A stretch of DNA of 64,000 bases from Mobula birostris (Eukaryota). A program made the position numbers and the translations under genes. The notes under the pieces were generated by a model. It had not been told where the DNA came from and made no database searches. It was given only the letters and a program-made list of their open reading frames with translations. Below, piece by piece: positions 26,891 through 41,400 of the stretch; position 1 is the first letter of the stretch, and every line of letters begins with the position of its first letter. The DNA is taken from contig NC_092379.1 of assembly GCF_030028105.1 (NCBI RefSeq), positions 23,987,821 through 24,051,820 on the forward strand, given 5' to 3'.

Positions 26891-28700
26891 ATCAAAACTC
26901 ACCTTTTTTCCCTCTATTTCGAGGTACCAGACAAGGGTGTCCTCTTAGCCCTTTATTATTTGATATACCATTAGAACCACTAGCAATTGCTATTCGACAG
27001 TCTCCTAGCATTATTGGTATAACTCGTGCGGTAAAGTCTCATAACGTATCACTTTACGCTAATGATATATTTCCAATCCTCAAAAAGCTATCCCAGCAGC
27101 TCTAGATTTATTAGCCCAATTTAGTCTTTTTTTCAGGTTACAAATTAAATCTTAATAAGAATGAACTTTTCCCTATTAATAAGCAAGTTCCCTTATATCA
27201 GAACCTGCCGTTTCGATTGGTTAATAATTATTTTTCATATCTTGGGATTAAAATTACCTGTAAACATAAGGATTTATTTAAGGCTAATTATTTACCCTTA
27301 ATTTACCTTATCACACAACTTTCCTTTAAATGGTCTCCACTTTATTTAACTTTGACTGGTCGTATTAATGCTGTTAAGATGTTTATTCTGCCAAATTTTT
27401 AATATATATTTCAGGCATTACCAACTTTTTTTCCAAAATCCTTTTTTTGATAGACTCTAAAATCTCTTCACTTATTTGGCAAAATAAAAACCCGAGGTTG
27501 GGTAGAATACATCTACAGAAAGCTAAGAGAGATGGAGGCTTGGCATTACCTAACCTTAGATTTTATTACTGGGCTATTAATATTCGACACATGAAATTTT
27601 GGTTACTTGACCAAGATACACTATCCATTCCTAAATGGGTAGTATTGGAATTGCATTCTGTTCAAGGTTATGCACTTGGCTCTATATTAAGATCTTCCCT
27701 TCCCTCCGATTTGTAAAGGTATAAACAGGTTTGCAACCCGATAGTTAAACATCCCTTACGTACTGGATTCAATTCCGAATATTTTTTGATCTTAATCAAT
27801 TTGTGCTGGCGATTCCCATTATTGGCAATATATTTTTTTCTCCCCTCCTCTACGGACCGTGTCTTTCAAATTTGGAAGACTAATGGTACATCACGGTTTT
27901 CTGACTTATTTTCAGATGGCCTCCTTATGTATTTTGAACAGTTCTCTAATAAATACAATTTACCAAGAACACATTTTTTTAAGCTATTTGCACGTTAGAA
28001 ATTTCCTAAATACCATACTCTCTTCCTTTCCGGTCTTAACCCCCACCCCCCACAAATATTTTAGACGCTATCATCAACCTTAACCCGTTTCAGAAAGGTG
28101 TAACGACTACTATTTATAATACTATCATGGCATTTAGGAAAGCTCCATTCGACAAGATTAGGACTGACTGGGAAAGGGAATTGGGTCGTACTATCCTGGC
28201 TGAGGACTGGGCCTATATTTTACAACTTGTTAATACTTTCTCTATCTGTTCCAAACACTCTTTAATTCAATTTAATGTTGTCCATAGAGCACATATCTCT
28301 AAAGATAAATTAGCTCGTTATTATCCTCATGTTAACCCTCTTTGCGATAGATGTCATGGGGAGATAGCTTCCTTGACCCACATGTTTTGGTCTTGTCCTA
28401 CTCTGGAAACTTTTTGGAAAGACATTTTTAATATTATCTCAAATGTTTTGAATAGTGATATTTTCCCCCATCCTATTACTGCTATCTTTGGATTACCTAA
28501 AACTTCTAGTAATTTATCCCCCTCAGCGCGTAGAATGCTTGCATTTCTTACTTTAATAGCGAAAAGATGTATTCTACAACATTGGAAGGAGATTAATGCC
28601 CCAACTACGTCGTTTTGGTTCTCTCAAACGATGCTGTCTAAATTTGGAAAAAAAAAAAATCAGAAGTAATCTTTATGATACTTCAGTTAAATTTGGATAT
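26890..28700 (+). mobile_element. L1-clade LINE, 5'-truncated ORF2
   Basis: RGTRQGCPLSPLLF and VSLYANDI RT motifs; C-terminal CDRC...HMFWSCP zinc knuckle in ORF 28127-28669. Confidence 0.88.
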
Positions 28701-30139
28701 ATATCAATTATCTAATCGGCTATTCTGCTGAGGTAAATTTTCAAACAGCAAAATAAATGCAGAGAAACATGTTAAAGTTTGGGCACTAACTGGGTTCAAC
28801 GATCAGCGTAGTCTCATTTCCAAAAGTGAGATTAGATGTAACAGTGTTACACACAGTTACATCTTGTTATTAATCTTTCGGGGTTCCCCCCATATTTCCA
28901 GTTAACTGGCTGTCCTGCCTACCGATGATAAAGCAGGGACACGTATCGACAGGCTTCACTACGCAGCAGATTCAGAAGTGAAAAGACCCTCCGAAGCGTA
29001 TCCCATAGTCTGTGAGGGCAGCTCACCAGTGATAGGCTCCGCTCCTCTCTAACGTATTAATTTTCAGCACATGGACAAAAAAAAAGGAAGATTTCTGCAT
29101 CTAAGCGGCGTTTGAAGCTAAGCAGTGGGGATGTCAATGTATAGCACGAAGGGATTAATGTACGGCAACTGATTGCATTTCAATTGTTGTACGTATATTA
29201 GCCCCAAAGTGAAATAAGTCAACACAAAAACCTTTCTCTCAAACATATGCCCATATACATAGCCTTTTCAAGTCAGTGATCACGTCGCGAAGAGCTTCAT
29301 ATGTTACTGAATAAAATCAAAATCATATGAGAATCAGTGACAGTAGATGTCCGAAATCGGTGCCAGTGACAAGGCCTGTTCGGGACCAGGGCATCGAATG
29401 GTTGTAAGCTTCACGGCACTTCATATATGCTCCAATGTTCATGGTCGATGCAATCCCCATTTCCAAACTCGCCTCGAATTATTAAATGACCAGAGAGTTA
29501 CCGATTCCAGCACTGGATCCTTATTTGCCCGCTGAGCCCTTACTGTCGAATGGGAGTGAAGAATTCGGACAATTAATAACGCTCCCAGTAATGAAATTTC
29601 TGCCAATTCTGATCTTGCACATCAGAGCTCTTAAACAGAGGAGGAGCCCCGATTTCAGGATTACCCAGCCAAAGGAGAATGCTGTCCTATGCAGAATATA
29701 GTGTGCCTTAAAATAGTTACCGTTTTAATCTCCAGTAACGCAAGGCCATTGATACACAACATCCATTCTTTTGTGATTATTACTCATCAACTAAACACAA
29801 CTACTACTCCCAGTAATTCCGGTTAACAGATTTACACGACCCTTATCAAGTATAACACCACTCTGTTGTCCTGAATTCAAAATTTTCTTTGTGTAACTGC
29901 ACGTTATATTCTACTCCAATGTTCTCTCACGGAAATTGTTCTGCAGCTTTCTCCTCCTTTCACCCATTTCTTGTAAAGCTGAGTACATAACAATCCTGAC
30001 TTATCGGGTACGTCTTCCCTCTCTGCATTTGGTTATTAGTAGGTTACTTAGAAGAGGTTCATTTGTTTGTGTTTTTTTCCCACTCTATCACTGTACCTAT
30101 TCAATCTGTGACAAAAGCACCATTTTCAACAGCTTAGTT

Positions 30140-31800
30140 CAGAATCAGGTTTATTATCATCGGAATATGACATTATCCTGAAGAAACGTTGTATCACTTT
30201 TTTTTTAAATGCATACATTTCTAAATGACAGTAAATTAGGACTGAATGTGTCCTCATAATCTAATCTAATATGACGTGAAGATTGTTAACTCAGCAGCAG
30301 TTCAATGAAATAACTAAACTAGCAGAGAGAATAATATTAATAATAAATAAAATAAAACATAGCAAACAAGTAGATGAATGATGAATTTTGATTAGATTTA
30401 AAAAATGTGCAAAAACAGATATACTGTATACTGAAAAAAGTAAGGTCGTGTCCAAAGCTTCAATGTCCATTTAAGAAACGGATGGCAGAGGGGAAGGGGC
30501 TATTCCTGAATCGCTGAATGCGTGCCTTCTGGCTTCTGTATCTCCTACCTGATCGTACCAGTGAGAAAAGGGCATGCCCAGGGTGTTCGAGGTCCTTACT
30601 AATGGATGCTGCCTTTCTGAGACACCGCTCCCTAAAGATGTCCTGGGTACATTGTTGGCTAGTGCCCAAAATGGAGATGACTAGAATTACAACTTTCTCC
30701 AGCTTCTTTATGTCCTGTGCATTAGCACCTTTACACCAGACAATAATGCAGCCTGTCAGAATGCTCTCCACGGTACAACTATATAAGTGTTTGAGTGCAT
30801 TTGTTGACATGCAAACCCTGTCTTGCCTTCTTTATGATTGCATCGATATGTTGGGACTAGGTTAGATCCTCTGAGATCTAGACACCCAGGAACTTGGAGC
30901 TGCTCACTCTCTCCACTTCTGATCCCTCTGTGAGGATTGTTACGTGTTCCTTCATCTTCCTGAAGTCCACAGTCAGCTCTTTCGTCCTACTGACGTTGAG
31001 TGCCAGGTTGTTGCTGCGGCACCATTTCTGCAGTTGACATATCTCACTCCTGTACGCCCTTTGGTCACCACCTGAGATTTTACCAAAGATAGTTGTATCG
31101 TCAGCAAATTTGAAGACGGTATTTGAACGATGCCTATCTACACAGACTTGTGTATATAGAGAGTAGAACAGTGGGCTAAGCAGACACCCCTGAGGTTCGC
31201 CATTGTTGATCGTCACCGAGGAGGATATGTTATCACTAAACCGCACAGACTGTAGTCTTCCGGTAAGGAAGTTGAGGATATAATTGCAGAGGGAGGTACA
31301 GAGTTTTGCAACTTTTCAATCAGAGTTGTGTGAATGATGGCATTAAATACTGAGCTATAATCGAGGAACAGGATCCTCACATAAGTGGTCTAAAGCCTTC
31401 TGGAGAGCCATTGAAAATGTGTCTGCCGTTGAGCTATTGTGACGATAGGCAAATTGCAATGGGCCCAGGTCTTTTCTGAAGCAGAAGATCAGTCTAGTCA
31501 TAACCAACCTCTCAAAGCATTTCATTTCTCTTGATGTGAGTGCTACCGGGCAATAGTTATTAATGCAGCCCACATTACTCTTCTTGGGCACTGGTATAAT
31601 TGTTGCCACTTTGAAGTAAGTGAGAACTTCTGTCCGTGTCAGTGAGAGACTGAAAATATCTTTGAGTACTCCCGCTAGCTGGTAGTCACACGTTTGCAGA
31701 GCCTTACCATGCACTCCATCGGGACCTTCTGCCTTGCGAGGGTTCACTCTCTTTAAAGACAGTCTAATATCGGCGTCTTGAGACAGAGATCACAGGGTCA
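30140..31800 (-). mobile_element. Rex1/Babar-like LINE, present only in duplication copy A
   Basis: ORFs 31355-31747 (CFERLV, LGPLQFAY), 30878-31246 ([14 protein letters not shown]) and 30460-30810. Confidence 0.85.
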
Positions 31801-32492
31801 TCAGATGCAGCGTTTACCCCATCCCCACCACCCACCCACTCTCCCATTTTAATTTTCATCAAACTTACTTTGTCTCGTTCCACTTCTGAAGACAACTCCT
31901 TGAAATAAAACGATAACGCACGTTTCACTTTTGCCATGGATACGGTCTGACCTCTTGCGGAATTCAAGATTTATTTTTGAAATTCCACAGACTGCATTGT
32001 TTATGAGGAGGGTGTTTCCAGGGGGGTGATAACGACTCAAACATTAAATTCTATTGACAGCGTCCCCTGAACTTAACAGTCTAATCGTTTTGACATGGAG
32101 TGCAGTTAAGTACATAGGACAGCACGGGAAGAACCGATTAACCCCCCCCCCACCCCGCCGCCATACCTGTGGCATCATCATGCTGGTTTTTGGTAGCATA
32201 ACTGCTTACATTCTGCGACCATTCCCCTACATGGTGAATGATCTATCAAATTGTCCCTTAAAAGTTATCATCGCACTCGCTTCCACAATTTCTTTTAAAC
32301 TTCCAGTCACTTTCCACTCTTCTCATATTTTATGTCTCATTTAACACCTTTGGTAACATTGCTGTCATCATAAATCTATGTGCCGAGGATTTAATGTTTC
32401 CAACTTGGTATAAAAACGCTGATTATCTTCCTAATCATTATCTCTCATTTTATACATTTTACCATGTCGGCCATCCGCCACCACTGCTCAAG

Positions 32493-32525
<33 letters not shown>

Positions 32526-32719
32526 CAACAACAACAATAATAACAAAACCTAACTAGTTTGTATAAGCTCCCCTGATAGATCATACACTCCAATACAGAA
32601 AACATGCAGGTCACCTTTTCTCCACCATATCGAAAGCCTTACATCCTACCTAAAACGTGACAACGCGAGCGAGAACGACAGACAATACTGAAAATATGAT
32701 CGAACAATTTTTTTATATA

Positions 32720-34870
32720 TAAGACCATAAGAAAAATGAGCAAAATTAAGCCATTTGGCAGAAATAGTCTGTCCCGCCATTTCATCATGTCTGATCCAAT
32801 TTTCCTGTCCGTCTCAATTTATGCCTTCTCCCCATATCACATCATGCCCTGACGAGTCAAGAATCTATCAGCCTCCACAACTATCTGAGGCAAACAATTC
32901 CACAGATACGCCACTTTCTGACGAATGAAATTTCTCCTCATCTCCGTTCAAAAAGGATGCCTCTCTATTCGGAGGTCTTAGGCTCTCCCACCAGAGGAAA
33001 CAACCTCTTCGCATCCACTCTGTCAAGAGCTGTCACTATTCGATAGGTTTCAATGAGACAACACTGCATTTTTTTGAATTCTCGTGAATAGAGCCCTAGA
33101 GCCATCGAACGATCTTCACATGGCAAGCCATTGAGTACTGGAATCATTCCCGTGAATCTCCATGGACTGCTCTACAGTTTCAGCACATCTTTTCTTTGAT
33201 AAGGGGCCCAAACCTGCTCACAATACTCTAAGTAAGGCCTTACCAGTAATTTATAAAGTTTCAACATTACACCTTTGCCTTTCTACTCTGGTACTCTTGA
33301 AATAAATGCCAACAATACATTTGCCTTCCTCAATACAGACTCAACCTGCAAATTAAATTATAAGAAATCCTGCACAGGGAATCCCAAATCCCTTTGCAAC
33401 ACGTTTTCGGTATTTTCTCTAAATTTAGAAAATTGTCAATCCTTTTTTTTCCTTTCTTCTACCAGAGACTCTACACTTCTCAACACGATATTCCATCTGA
33501 CATTTCTTTTCCGATTCTCCAAATCTGTATAAGTCCGTCTGTAGCCCCTTTGCCCCTCAGTCTACTTGCTCCTCCTCCATCCGTCTTCCTATCGCCTGCA
33601 AACATTTTAACAAGGACATCAATTCCATCATCCAAATCATTGACAATAATGTAATAAGAATCGGTTCCAACACAGACCCTGTGTAACGCTGCTAGTCACC
33701 GGCAGCCAGCACGGAAAGGCTAACTTCATTCTCAGTCTTTTACCCGCTGCCAATAAGCCACTGCTTTATGTATGTTAGAATCTTACATGTAATACCAAGA
33801 GCCCATAGCTCATTAAACTGCCTCCTGTGTGCTCCCTTGCCTAAGGCCTTATGATATTCCAAATTCACAACAGCAGCTGATTTCTCCCGTGTCTATCCTG
33901 TTAGATAATTCTTCAAATAATTCCAACATATTTGTCAGGCAAGATTTTACCTTGAGGAAACCATGCTAACAATGGCCTATATTATCATTGGCCTCCAGGT
34001 ACCCTGAGACCTCAGCCTTAATAAACAACTCCAATATCTTCCCAACCACTGATATCTGACTAACCTTCCTATAGTTTCCTTTCTTCTGTCTTTCTCCCTT
34101 CTTGAAGAGACGAGTGACATTTGCAATTTTCCAGCTTTCCGGAGCCATTCTGGAATCTAATGATTATTGCAGGAGCATTCCTAATGCCTTCACAATCTCT
34201 TTAGTAGCCTCTTTCCGAACTCTGGGGTGTACACCATCTGGTGCAGCTAAACTACCTAACTTTAGACCTTTCAGTTGCCTAAGAACATTCTCTCTAGTTC
34301 TGGTAACTTCACACTTGTCATGCTCCCGACACCTAGAACATTCACCCTACTGCTAGTATCTTGCACAGCGAAGACTAATGCAAAACGCTTATTCAGTCCT
34401 TACACCATTTTATTGTCTCCCATTTACACCTCGCCAGCATTGTTTTCCAGCGGTCTGATATCTAATCTTGTTTTTCTATTACACAATACGTATTAGAAGG
34501 AACCTATGGTATGCTCTTTCATGTTATTGGCTAGCTTACTTTTGTATTCCATTTTCACCTTCTTAGTCACTTTTAGTTACCTTCTGTTGGTAATTGAAAG
34601 CTTGCTAATCATCTAACTTCCCATTAGTTTTTGCCCTATTACATTTCCCCTTTTTGGCTTAGTTGACTTTTACTTACCTGTTAGCCACAGCTGTGTTTTT
34701 TTTCCCCTTTAGAAGTAATTTTCTTCTTTTGGACGTATATCTACTGCCTTCCGAATTGCTTTTAGAAATTCCAGCCACTGCTGCTCTGCTTTCATCACTG
34801 CCTATGTTCTTTTCCAGTAAAACATCAGCCTCATTACTTGCCAACATTTATACTCAATTACATGTATGAT
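32720..34870 (-). mobile_element. Old CR1 remnant shared by both duplication copies
   Basis: CR1 RT-like peptides (33966-34148, 32965-33147); counterpart at 54820-56830. Confidence 0.75.
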
Positions 34871-35880
34871 AACCGTATTTATACTGCACGCGTCCTTTGG
34901 CAACCGCCTCTCAGAGGACTAAAACGTAGCCATAGAGTTTGGGGATTTTGCGTGCCTTAATGACCAGTGGGCTTTTTGCTTTGTCACTGGGAAGGGTCAT
35001 GCCAAACAACTCAAAGGATAGAGGTCTTTTCTCGGCAGTACTAATCTGTTTTCATGTTTTCTCCTGCTCCACATCTCTCTGAATCCACCCTTGTGTCTCT
35101 CTATTGGATAATTGTGCCCGCGGTATCTCCCATTCAGTAACATCACCAGAACAGACTATCGAATTGTTCTCAGCTTGAGGTTTACGGATTCTATTGTGTG
35201 CAGAGTCGCTCCACATTCCCTATTCCACAATAGGATTGTATTTTGAATCTACTTCATTGACTGTGACGTGCTGGGGACACTATGAAGTGTGTTTTGTAAA
35301 TGTTTGAATTTTATCTTGAAACCAGTTTTACTGAATCACCAGTGTCATTGTTAATGTTGGAAAGTACTTGTTAAACAAACTCAGTCGGGGGTGGAGGAGG
35401 GCGGAAAATTGAAGCTATTCGCTCTCAGTGAACTGATAATATTCCGTTCATTTGAATCATAAAGTTTAACTCATGTCCCGTGAGTATGTGATGGGACAGG
35501 TTGGAGCAGCTTCGCTCTGTGTGTAAGCCCTGCTGCTCCTGTCCTGGTTAGGTTGGGACAGTGCAGAGGGACGTTTGTAACAAATCAATTGATGCCTAGA
35601 CACTACACGGAGCTGTAGCCGAATTTAAAACATGCTCTGTATAATCTGGATTGCTTGATGGAATCGCTTTGAGGAACAATTGCCTAGTTTTAAATAATAA
35701 ATACACGTTCCGATGTAGGACGGAACAGAGAGTGAGGCCATTCATCCGTTATTTTCTGCGCGTTAATTCGATTATCTTCAACGTGAAAACAGAGGACAGT
35801 AAACACTGATCCCAATAAGATGTAACTAAACAAATCCATTGTTGTCACTGACAGGGAACAAGATAAGCTGCAACAAAACC

Positions 35881-36043
35881 CTGAACCGATAGGCTGGTCC
35901 TGGACTTATTTCATAATTTACTGGCATAATTTACATATTACTATTTAACTATTTATGGTTCTATTACTATTTATTATTCATGGTGCAACTGCAGCGAAAA
36001 CCAATTTCCCCCGGGATCAATAAAGTATGACTATGACTATGAC
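35881..36043 (+). mobile_element. Short LINE 3' end with (ATGACT)n tail
   Basis: AATAAAG followed by TATGACTATGACTATGACT; absent from the paralogous site near 60360. Confidence 0.6.
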
Positions 36044-36816
36044 TAACCCCAGACCATGGGTTCAGTCAGTTCTGAGTATAATCACCTAGATTTGAACCAA
36101 ATAGTGAGCTCACTCACCATAATCGTTTGGTGTCAAGGCACATTCTGGTTACAAGATCCGACCCCTTTCCCGTGCAGTCTGATCCTGGTCTGTGGACTGT
36201 TCTCTGGTGGGTTGGGGTATACATCCATGTCCTGTTATTGGGCTGGAGAGAAACCCAGCCGGTTCGGGGAGGTCATGCACTTGCGCTAAATTTCTCACTA
36301 ATTTCAGGTGAACCAGAATCAGAATCAGAATCAGGTTTATTATCACCGACATGTGACGGGAAATTATTCACCGCCTTCGCCAACACCGTATATTAATAAA
36401 ATGCAAGCAGGTGAAGATGGATAGAATTCAGAAGATTGACTTATGTGAAATCACTGTCAACGTGGTTCATCCGCCCAGTCGGCAAGATATTCACACCGCC
36501 TTGGGTCTTCACACACCCACTGCAGCGACATAACTTGCATGTCACATCCAAAAATCTCAACACCTGTCAAAGTGATTCCTGAAAGCACCGAGAGCAGCTG
36601 CATCCTGGATTTCCATCCCAAACTCCGAGCTTGGCTCTTCTCGGCGTGTGAGCAAAGGAGACATCTTTAGAGTTTTTCTGTGTGAACACATCGGTTCCCG
36701 GCGTCCCCCGGAAACAGAGTCGAATCGTTATGAGCTTTTCATTGCCTAGAAATGGCCTTTTGGCATAGCAGTCGAGTCAGGCTTCTGTGATTTAACTCTG
36801 CGAGCCAGATCCCCAC

Positions 36817-36859
36817 CGCCGTGGTCGATATCACGGTGCTGCACCGCAGGTAATAAACT
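36817..36859 (-). pseudogene. D-segment remnant
   Basis: Minus strand: AGTTTATTA - 12 nt - CACCGTG - ATATCGAC - CACGGCG. No properly spaced 3' nonamer. Confidence 0.4.
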
Positions 36860-37319
36860 GTCTTTATCCCATCCAGCCCTAAACCAGTTGAAACCCATAG
36901 TCAGCCGGTTGTCTCATTAACCCTCCTGCACCTCACTTCTCTGTCCGGGTGTCCAGGTCGTGAGTCTCAATCGTGGCTATCCTAGTTCTGACATGCAGAA
37001 GATACGATCAAACGGGTTCTTTCACTGGGATTTCACTGACAGCTGTTCCATGCTTGTTCCGTCCCGTTCCAAAGACATCTCAGGTTCTCCACTCGGAATC
37101 CGATTGATATGCATGGGTCCCACTGTAAAGGCCGACGACGGCGTCCGAAAGCCCAATTTAAATAGTTTTGTTTTTTTGTAACCTTTCAGCGAGGCCCGCA
37201 CCTGTCTAGGCTGATCGGTGAGCCCATTCCCACTCACGACGCTTAGCTCGGAGCTGCCTGTGACTTGATCCAGTGAACACCTCGGTGCATCCATCCAGAA
37301 TATCTTCTCAGGCATTGAG

Positions 37320-38560
37320 ATATAGCAGTTAGGAATTTACTGAGGCACGAGAGAGAAGTTCGTCAAAATTGAATGGAAGAGGATACTGGCAGGATTATGG
37401 CAGAAAGCAATGGCTGGAGTTTTTGGAAGGAATATGGAAAACACAGGATGTATACATCCCAAATAGGAAGATACATTCTAAGAGGCTAACAAGAGGTCAA
37501 AACCAATACAAAGGTCAAAGAGTGGCTATAGCATCAAGTAAACATTCGTGGGAAGTTAATAACTTGGCAGATTGAGAAGCTTTTAAATACCAAGAGAAGG
37601 CAACTCAAAAGTCATTAAGAAGTTAAAGATGGAAAACGAAATTTGGATAGCCAATAATATTAGTGAGGATAGCAAAAGTTTATTCAGCTTCATAACATGT
37701 ATTAGAGATGAAAGAATGGATAGTGGACAGCTGGAATAATAGATGCTAGAGAGGTAGTAATGGGAGACAAGGGAATAGCGGACAAACTGAATACTATAGG
37801 TATTTTGCATCAGTCCTCACTGTGTAAGACACTAGCAGTATGGTGGAAGTTCTAAGTGTCAGTGATAATGAAGTCGCCGGGTACCATTGCAACGAAAAAG
37901 GTTATTGAGAAACTGAAAGTTCTGAAGATGGATAGGTTATTTGGACTAGATGGTGTCCACACCAGGGTGTGAAAAAGTGACTAAGCGACTGTGGAGGCAT
38001 TAGAAATGATCTTTTAAAAAAATCACTGGATTCTGGAATGGTTGCAGAAGACAGGAAAATTGAAAATGTCACTCCACTCTTTGAGAATGGACAGTGGCAG
38101 AAGGAAATAAATTAAGGCCAGTTCATCTGACCTCTGTAGTTGGGACATGTTGCAGCCGTTTGTTAAGGGTGTGATTTCCGGATACTTGGAAGCACATGAT
38201 AAAAGAGCTCGTAGGTTGTCAGTATAGTTTCGTCTAGGGAAAACCTTCTTCACCACCGACTCAATGTGAAAGTTAACCTTTCTGGTGTTGTGTACAAGGA
38301 CTCCCAAGACCCTTTGCATCGCAGATTTTTGGGTTTTCTCCCTGTTTACAAAATGGTCTGCACATTTATTTCTACTTGCAAAATGCACAAACATGCATTT
38401 TCCAAAATTGTATTTCATTTGTCTCTCTGTTGCCCGTTCTCTAAATATACCTAAGTCCTTTTGAGGTCTACCTGTTTCCTCAACTCTACCTGCCCCTCCA
38501 TCATCTTCGTATCGTTTGCAAACCTCGAAGTAAAAACCATCTAAATCATTGGCAAACAGC
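37320..38560. mobile_element. CR1 fragments (plus orientation switching to minus near 38240), occupying the expected V position
   Basis: CR1-like peptides in both orientations (37369-37575 plus strand; 38023-38592 minus strand). Confidence 0.7.
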
Positions 38561-38762
38561 ATAAAACCTGCCTGACTAACCTTAATAGGCACTCGCCATG
38601 TTTACTATATCAAACCGCGGGACAAGTTAGTGTAAATCATTCTTGTTTAAAGCCATCAGGCGCTTACTGAGCCAACAGACTTCAATCAGTGCTATAAACT
38701 TTCACCGATCCTATGATTGCTTTTCTTGAGAATAACTTTTACTGGACGGCAGAGTAGTGCAG

Positions 38763-39390
38763 TGTCATAATGGGTGCGCTGGGAGCGGACCCAAATGCAA
38801 GGCACAGACATTAAAGTACTAGACGTGACAAGGAAGCAAGGGGACATGGGAAGAAGGGACGCTGGACATGACACAGGCTCTGGACGAAACAAGGATACAG
38901 GGCCTGTGCTGGAACTTCACCTGGTTAGCGGAACCAGGACATGGAACTTGGAAGAACGAACTAGGGCTTGGGCTCAGTGCCAGAGACTGGACAATGACCC
39001 AGAACCTGGGATTTGACTAGGGCTCGGACTTCAAAACTAGGTGAGGACAAGACGTGAATATAAGATGAGGAGAGGCAACAGGTCTGGACGTGAGACTCAT
39101 GGACGAGAAAGAGAGCTCCTTCCTGGGCTGAGCGAGACACATAGACAAGACGAGAACACAAAGTCATGGCTTGGACAGGACAACGTTTTTGGATCGTGGC
39201 TAGGATTGGACAAGACCCCGAAGACTTGACTTTGTCGAGGTAGAGACAGGAACGCAGAGCATTGGTCAAGGGAGGGACAGGAACGCAGAGCCTTGGTCAA
39301 GGGAGGGACAAGAACGCAGAGCCTTGGTCAAGGGAGAGACAGGAACACAGTGCCTCGGTCAATGGAGAGACAAGAACGCAGAGCATTAGT

Positions 39391-39445
<55 letters not shown>

Positions 39446-39973
39446 CATGGAACACAGAACCGGGACCCCTACTGGAAGCAGGACGTAGGGCCGAAACTCA
39501 TACATAGAACACAAAAACCGGGACCCCTCCCCGGGTACGGGACGTAGGGCCAGGACTCATTACACAGAATGCAGAATAAGACGAGACGGTTCCCAACACT
39601 AGTTAGCGGCATACAGCCAGATCTCCCTAGTGAAGGCATTGACACAGAGACAGTTCAAAACAACTATAGACATTTCCTTACCTTGCTCCGGCAATGAAAC
39701 TTGACAGCAATGCAGGCGAGGCAAGGCTTCAGGCGAGGCAAGGCTTCAGGCGAGGCAACAGAAGGCAGGGGAAGTGAAGGGAAGGGATTCAGACAGAGGG
39801 TATGCACAGGAAGAATCCAGCAGCCAGTGGCTGAATCCTGAAGGTATTTATGAAGCCAGCCCAAACGAGAATCAGCTGCCGCAACATAAACTGGGGAAAA
39901 CTGGAAGACCTGGAATAAGGAACATGGAAAGGACCGTGAACTGGAATGCGGATTTCACGGAACGGAGCATGCA
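38763..39973. mobile_element. Solo LTR-like element (Gypsy-type), inverted relative to 57768-58912
   Basis: Starts TGTCA; shares GGACCCAAATGCAAG.CACAGAC and its distal end with the second copy. Confidence 0.65.
39243..39439. repeat. 31-bp tandem repeat (about 5 units) followed by an (AG)n microsatellite
   Basis: GGTCAA at 39264, 39295, 39326 and 39357; AG run at about 39393-39439. Confidence 0.9.
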
Positions 39974-40979
39974 GCTTATAAGGTTTTTATCCCAGAGTTA
40001 TTACAGTCGGTTTTCGTTCATGACGTCAGGAATGATATGTATCCCTATAGAGAAAAGCTGAGTGTCGCCGAATGCAGAGGGTATGCTTAAGAGCGATTAT
40101 TTCATTTTCCGTTCTTCAAGTGCTGAAATCAATATGTTCAATTCCGCGACAAAGTCAAGCTGGGACCACGGTAGGTCAGAATTTGGTGGTGAAACCGGGT
40201 AAGATTGCAAAAGCACATAAAAGTGCAGATAGCATGGTGCATATGCAATTATCCAATTGTCGACAATATCAAGACCAATGTTGAGAAGCACGTGTAGGGT
40301 CACGAACGATGTCACAAGCAGCTAATATTTCTATAGGCTCATGTCTACACAAGGTCATTTAGAAGTTGGAAGTTGGGAGATGGACCATGAGTGAACAGTC
40401 ACCTTGGAATCCGGAGATATGAAACGCATCGGCGAGTGAATCTGGATTTACCAGGAGTGGAAAATAAAATTTCACCTGTTGCAAAAAGGAGAGGGCTTTA
40501 ATTACATAGGCAGTTTGAAAGGCTGGATTTACTTTCACTGGAGCATTGAAGGTCAAATCAAATGTAAGGGGTTTCTTCTTACATGTTACGGTGTAGGCTA
40601 ATTAAAATGGCTTATTTGTTATGTTATAATTAAAATGGCTTCTTTATTATGGTAACTGCGGAGAAAGTTCTCTCGCTAATAGCTTGTTTGGGTGTTGTTT
40701 GGGTTATATTATTGATAAGAGACGCGAACAAAACAATTGGGATCGATGTTATTGCTTCTAGTGTGTCTGTAAGTTATTAAGATGCGCGGGTTTTGGGGAG
40801 AAGGCGCGATAGACAGTAAGAGAATTAAAGCTTCCTTCGGACGAGTGCCAGCTCTGGAGAAAAAAAGCAGTTCGGAGAAAAGCGACCGAAGGGAAGGGTA
40901 AAATATGAAGTAGTTTTTGGCCAGCGGAGTTTGGTGCAATCTGAGGGAAATGACCCGACACACCAGTTGAACTTCCAGG

Positions 40980-41400
40980 TGTTAGAACAGACGGTGGTGG
41001 ACCTGGGGATGGTAACCTAGGTCGTCAAACGGAATTCCGAGCCGACCCTGCCGTCATGTACTGAGGATTTAATCCAGAGAGACGAAACAATGATCCACCA
41101 TCGAAAGGATCAGCAGGAATTCAAGACATCGATCCAGAAAAGACTGGAAGACTTACAGGTTGGGGAAGACTAAGGAAGCTGTCTGACTAAGGCCAACAGA
41201 GAACCGAGAGCCCAGAGAGGGGAGTTTACTACACTTCCGAGGAGTTAAAGCAATCGAGGACCGATCCCGGGAAAGGGAAGCAGACGCTTGAAAGGAACCT
41301 GAAGAGGACTATCGACAGTTTAAATGAAGTGGAGGAGTCGAAGAAGAAGCTGACGTCTCGACTGGAGGAGGCTGAAGAGACTGCAAATGTAGCCCCTTCC
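40980..41400 (+). pseudogene. Intronless fragment of sarcomeric myosin heavy-chain rod (copy 1)
   Basis: ...RLEDLQVGED*...[33 protein letters not shown] matches the myosin II S2/LMM heptads as I recall them. Confidence 0.7.

Larger units (their letters stand above)
28700..37320 (-). repeat. Segmental duplication copy A (V-downstream unit), paralogous to 52620-62130
   Basis: Colinear matches 29050-30140/53330-54400, 32230-35000/54400-57010 and 35030-37320/59700-62130. Confidence 0.85.

Noticed and set aside
39243-39392. CRISPR-like regular repeat
   Set aside because: Head-to-tail units with no unique spacers, in a eukaryotic context.
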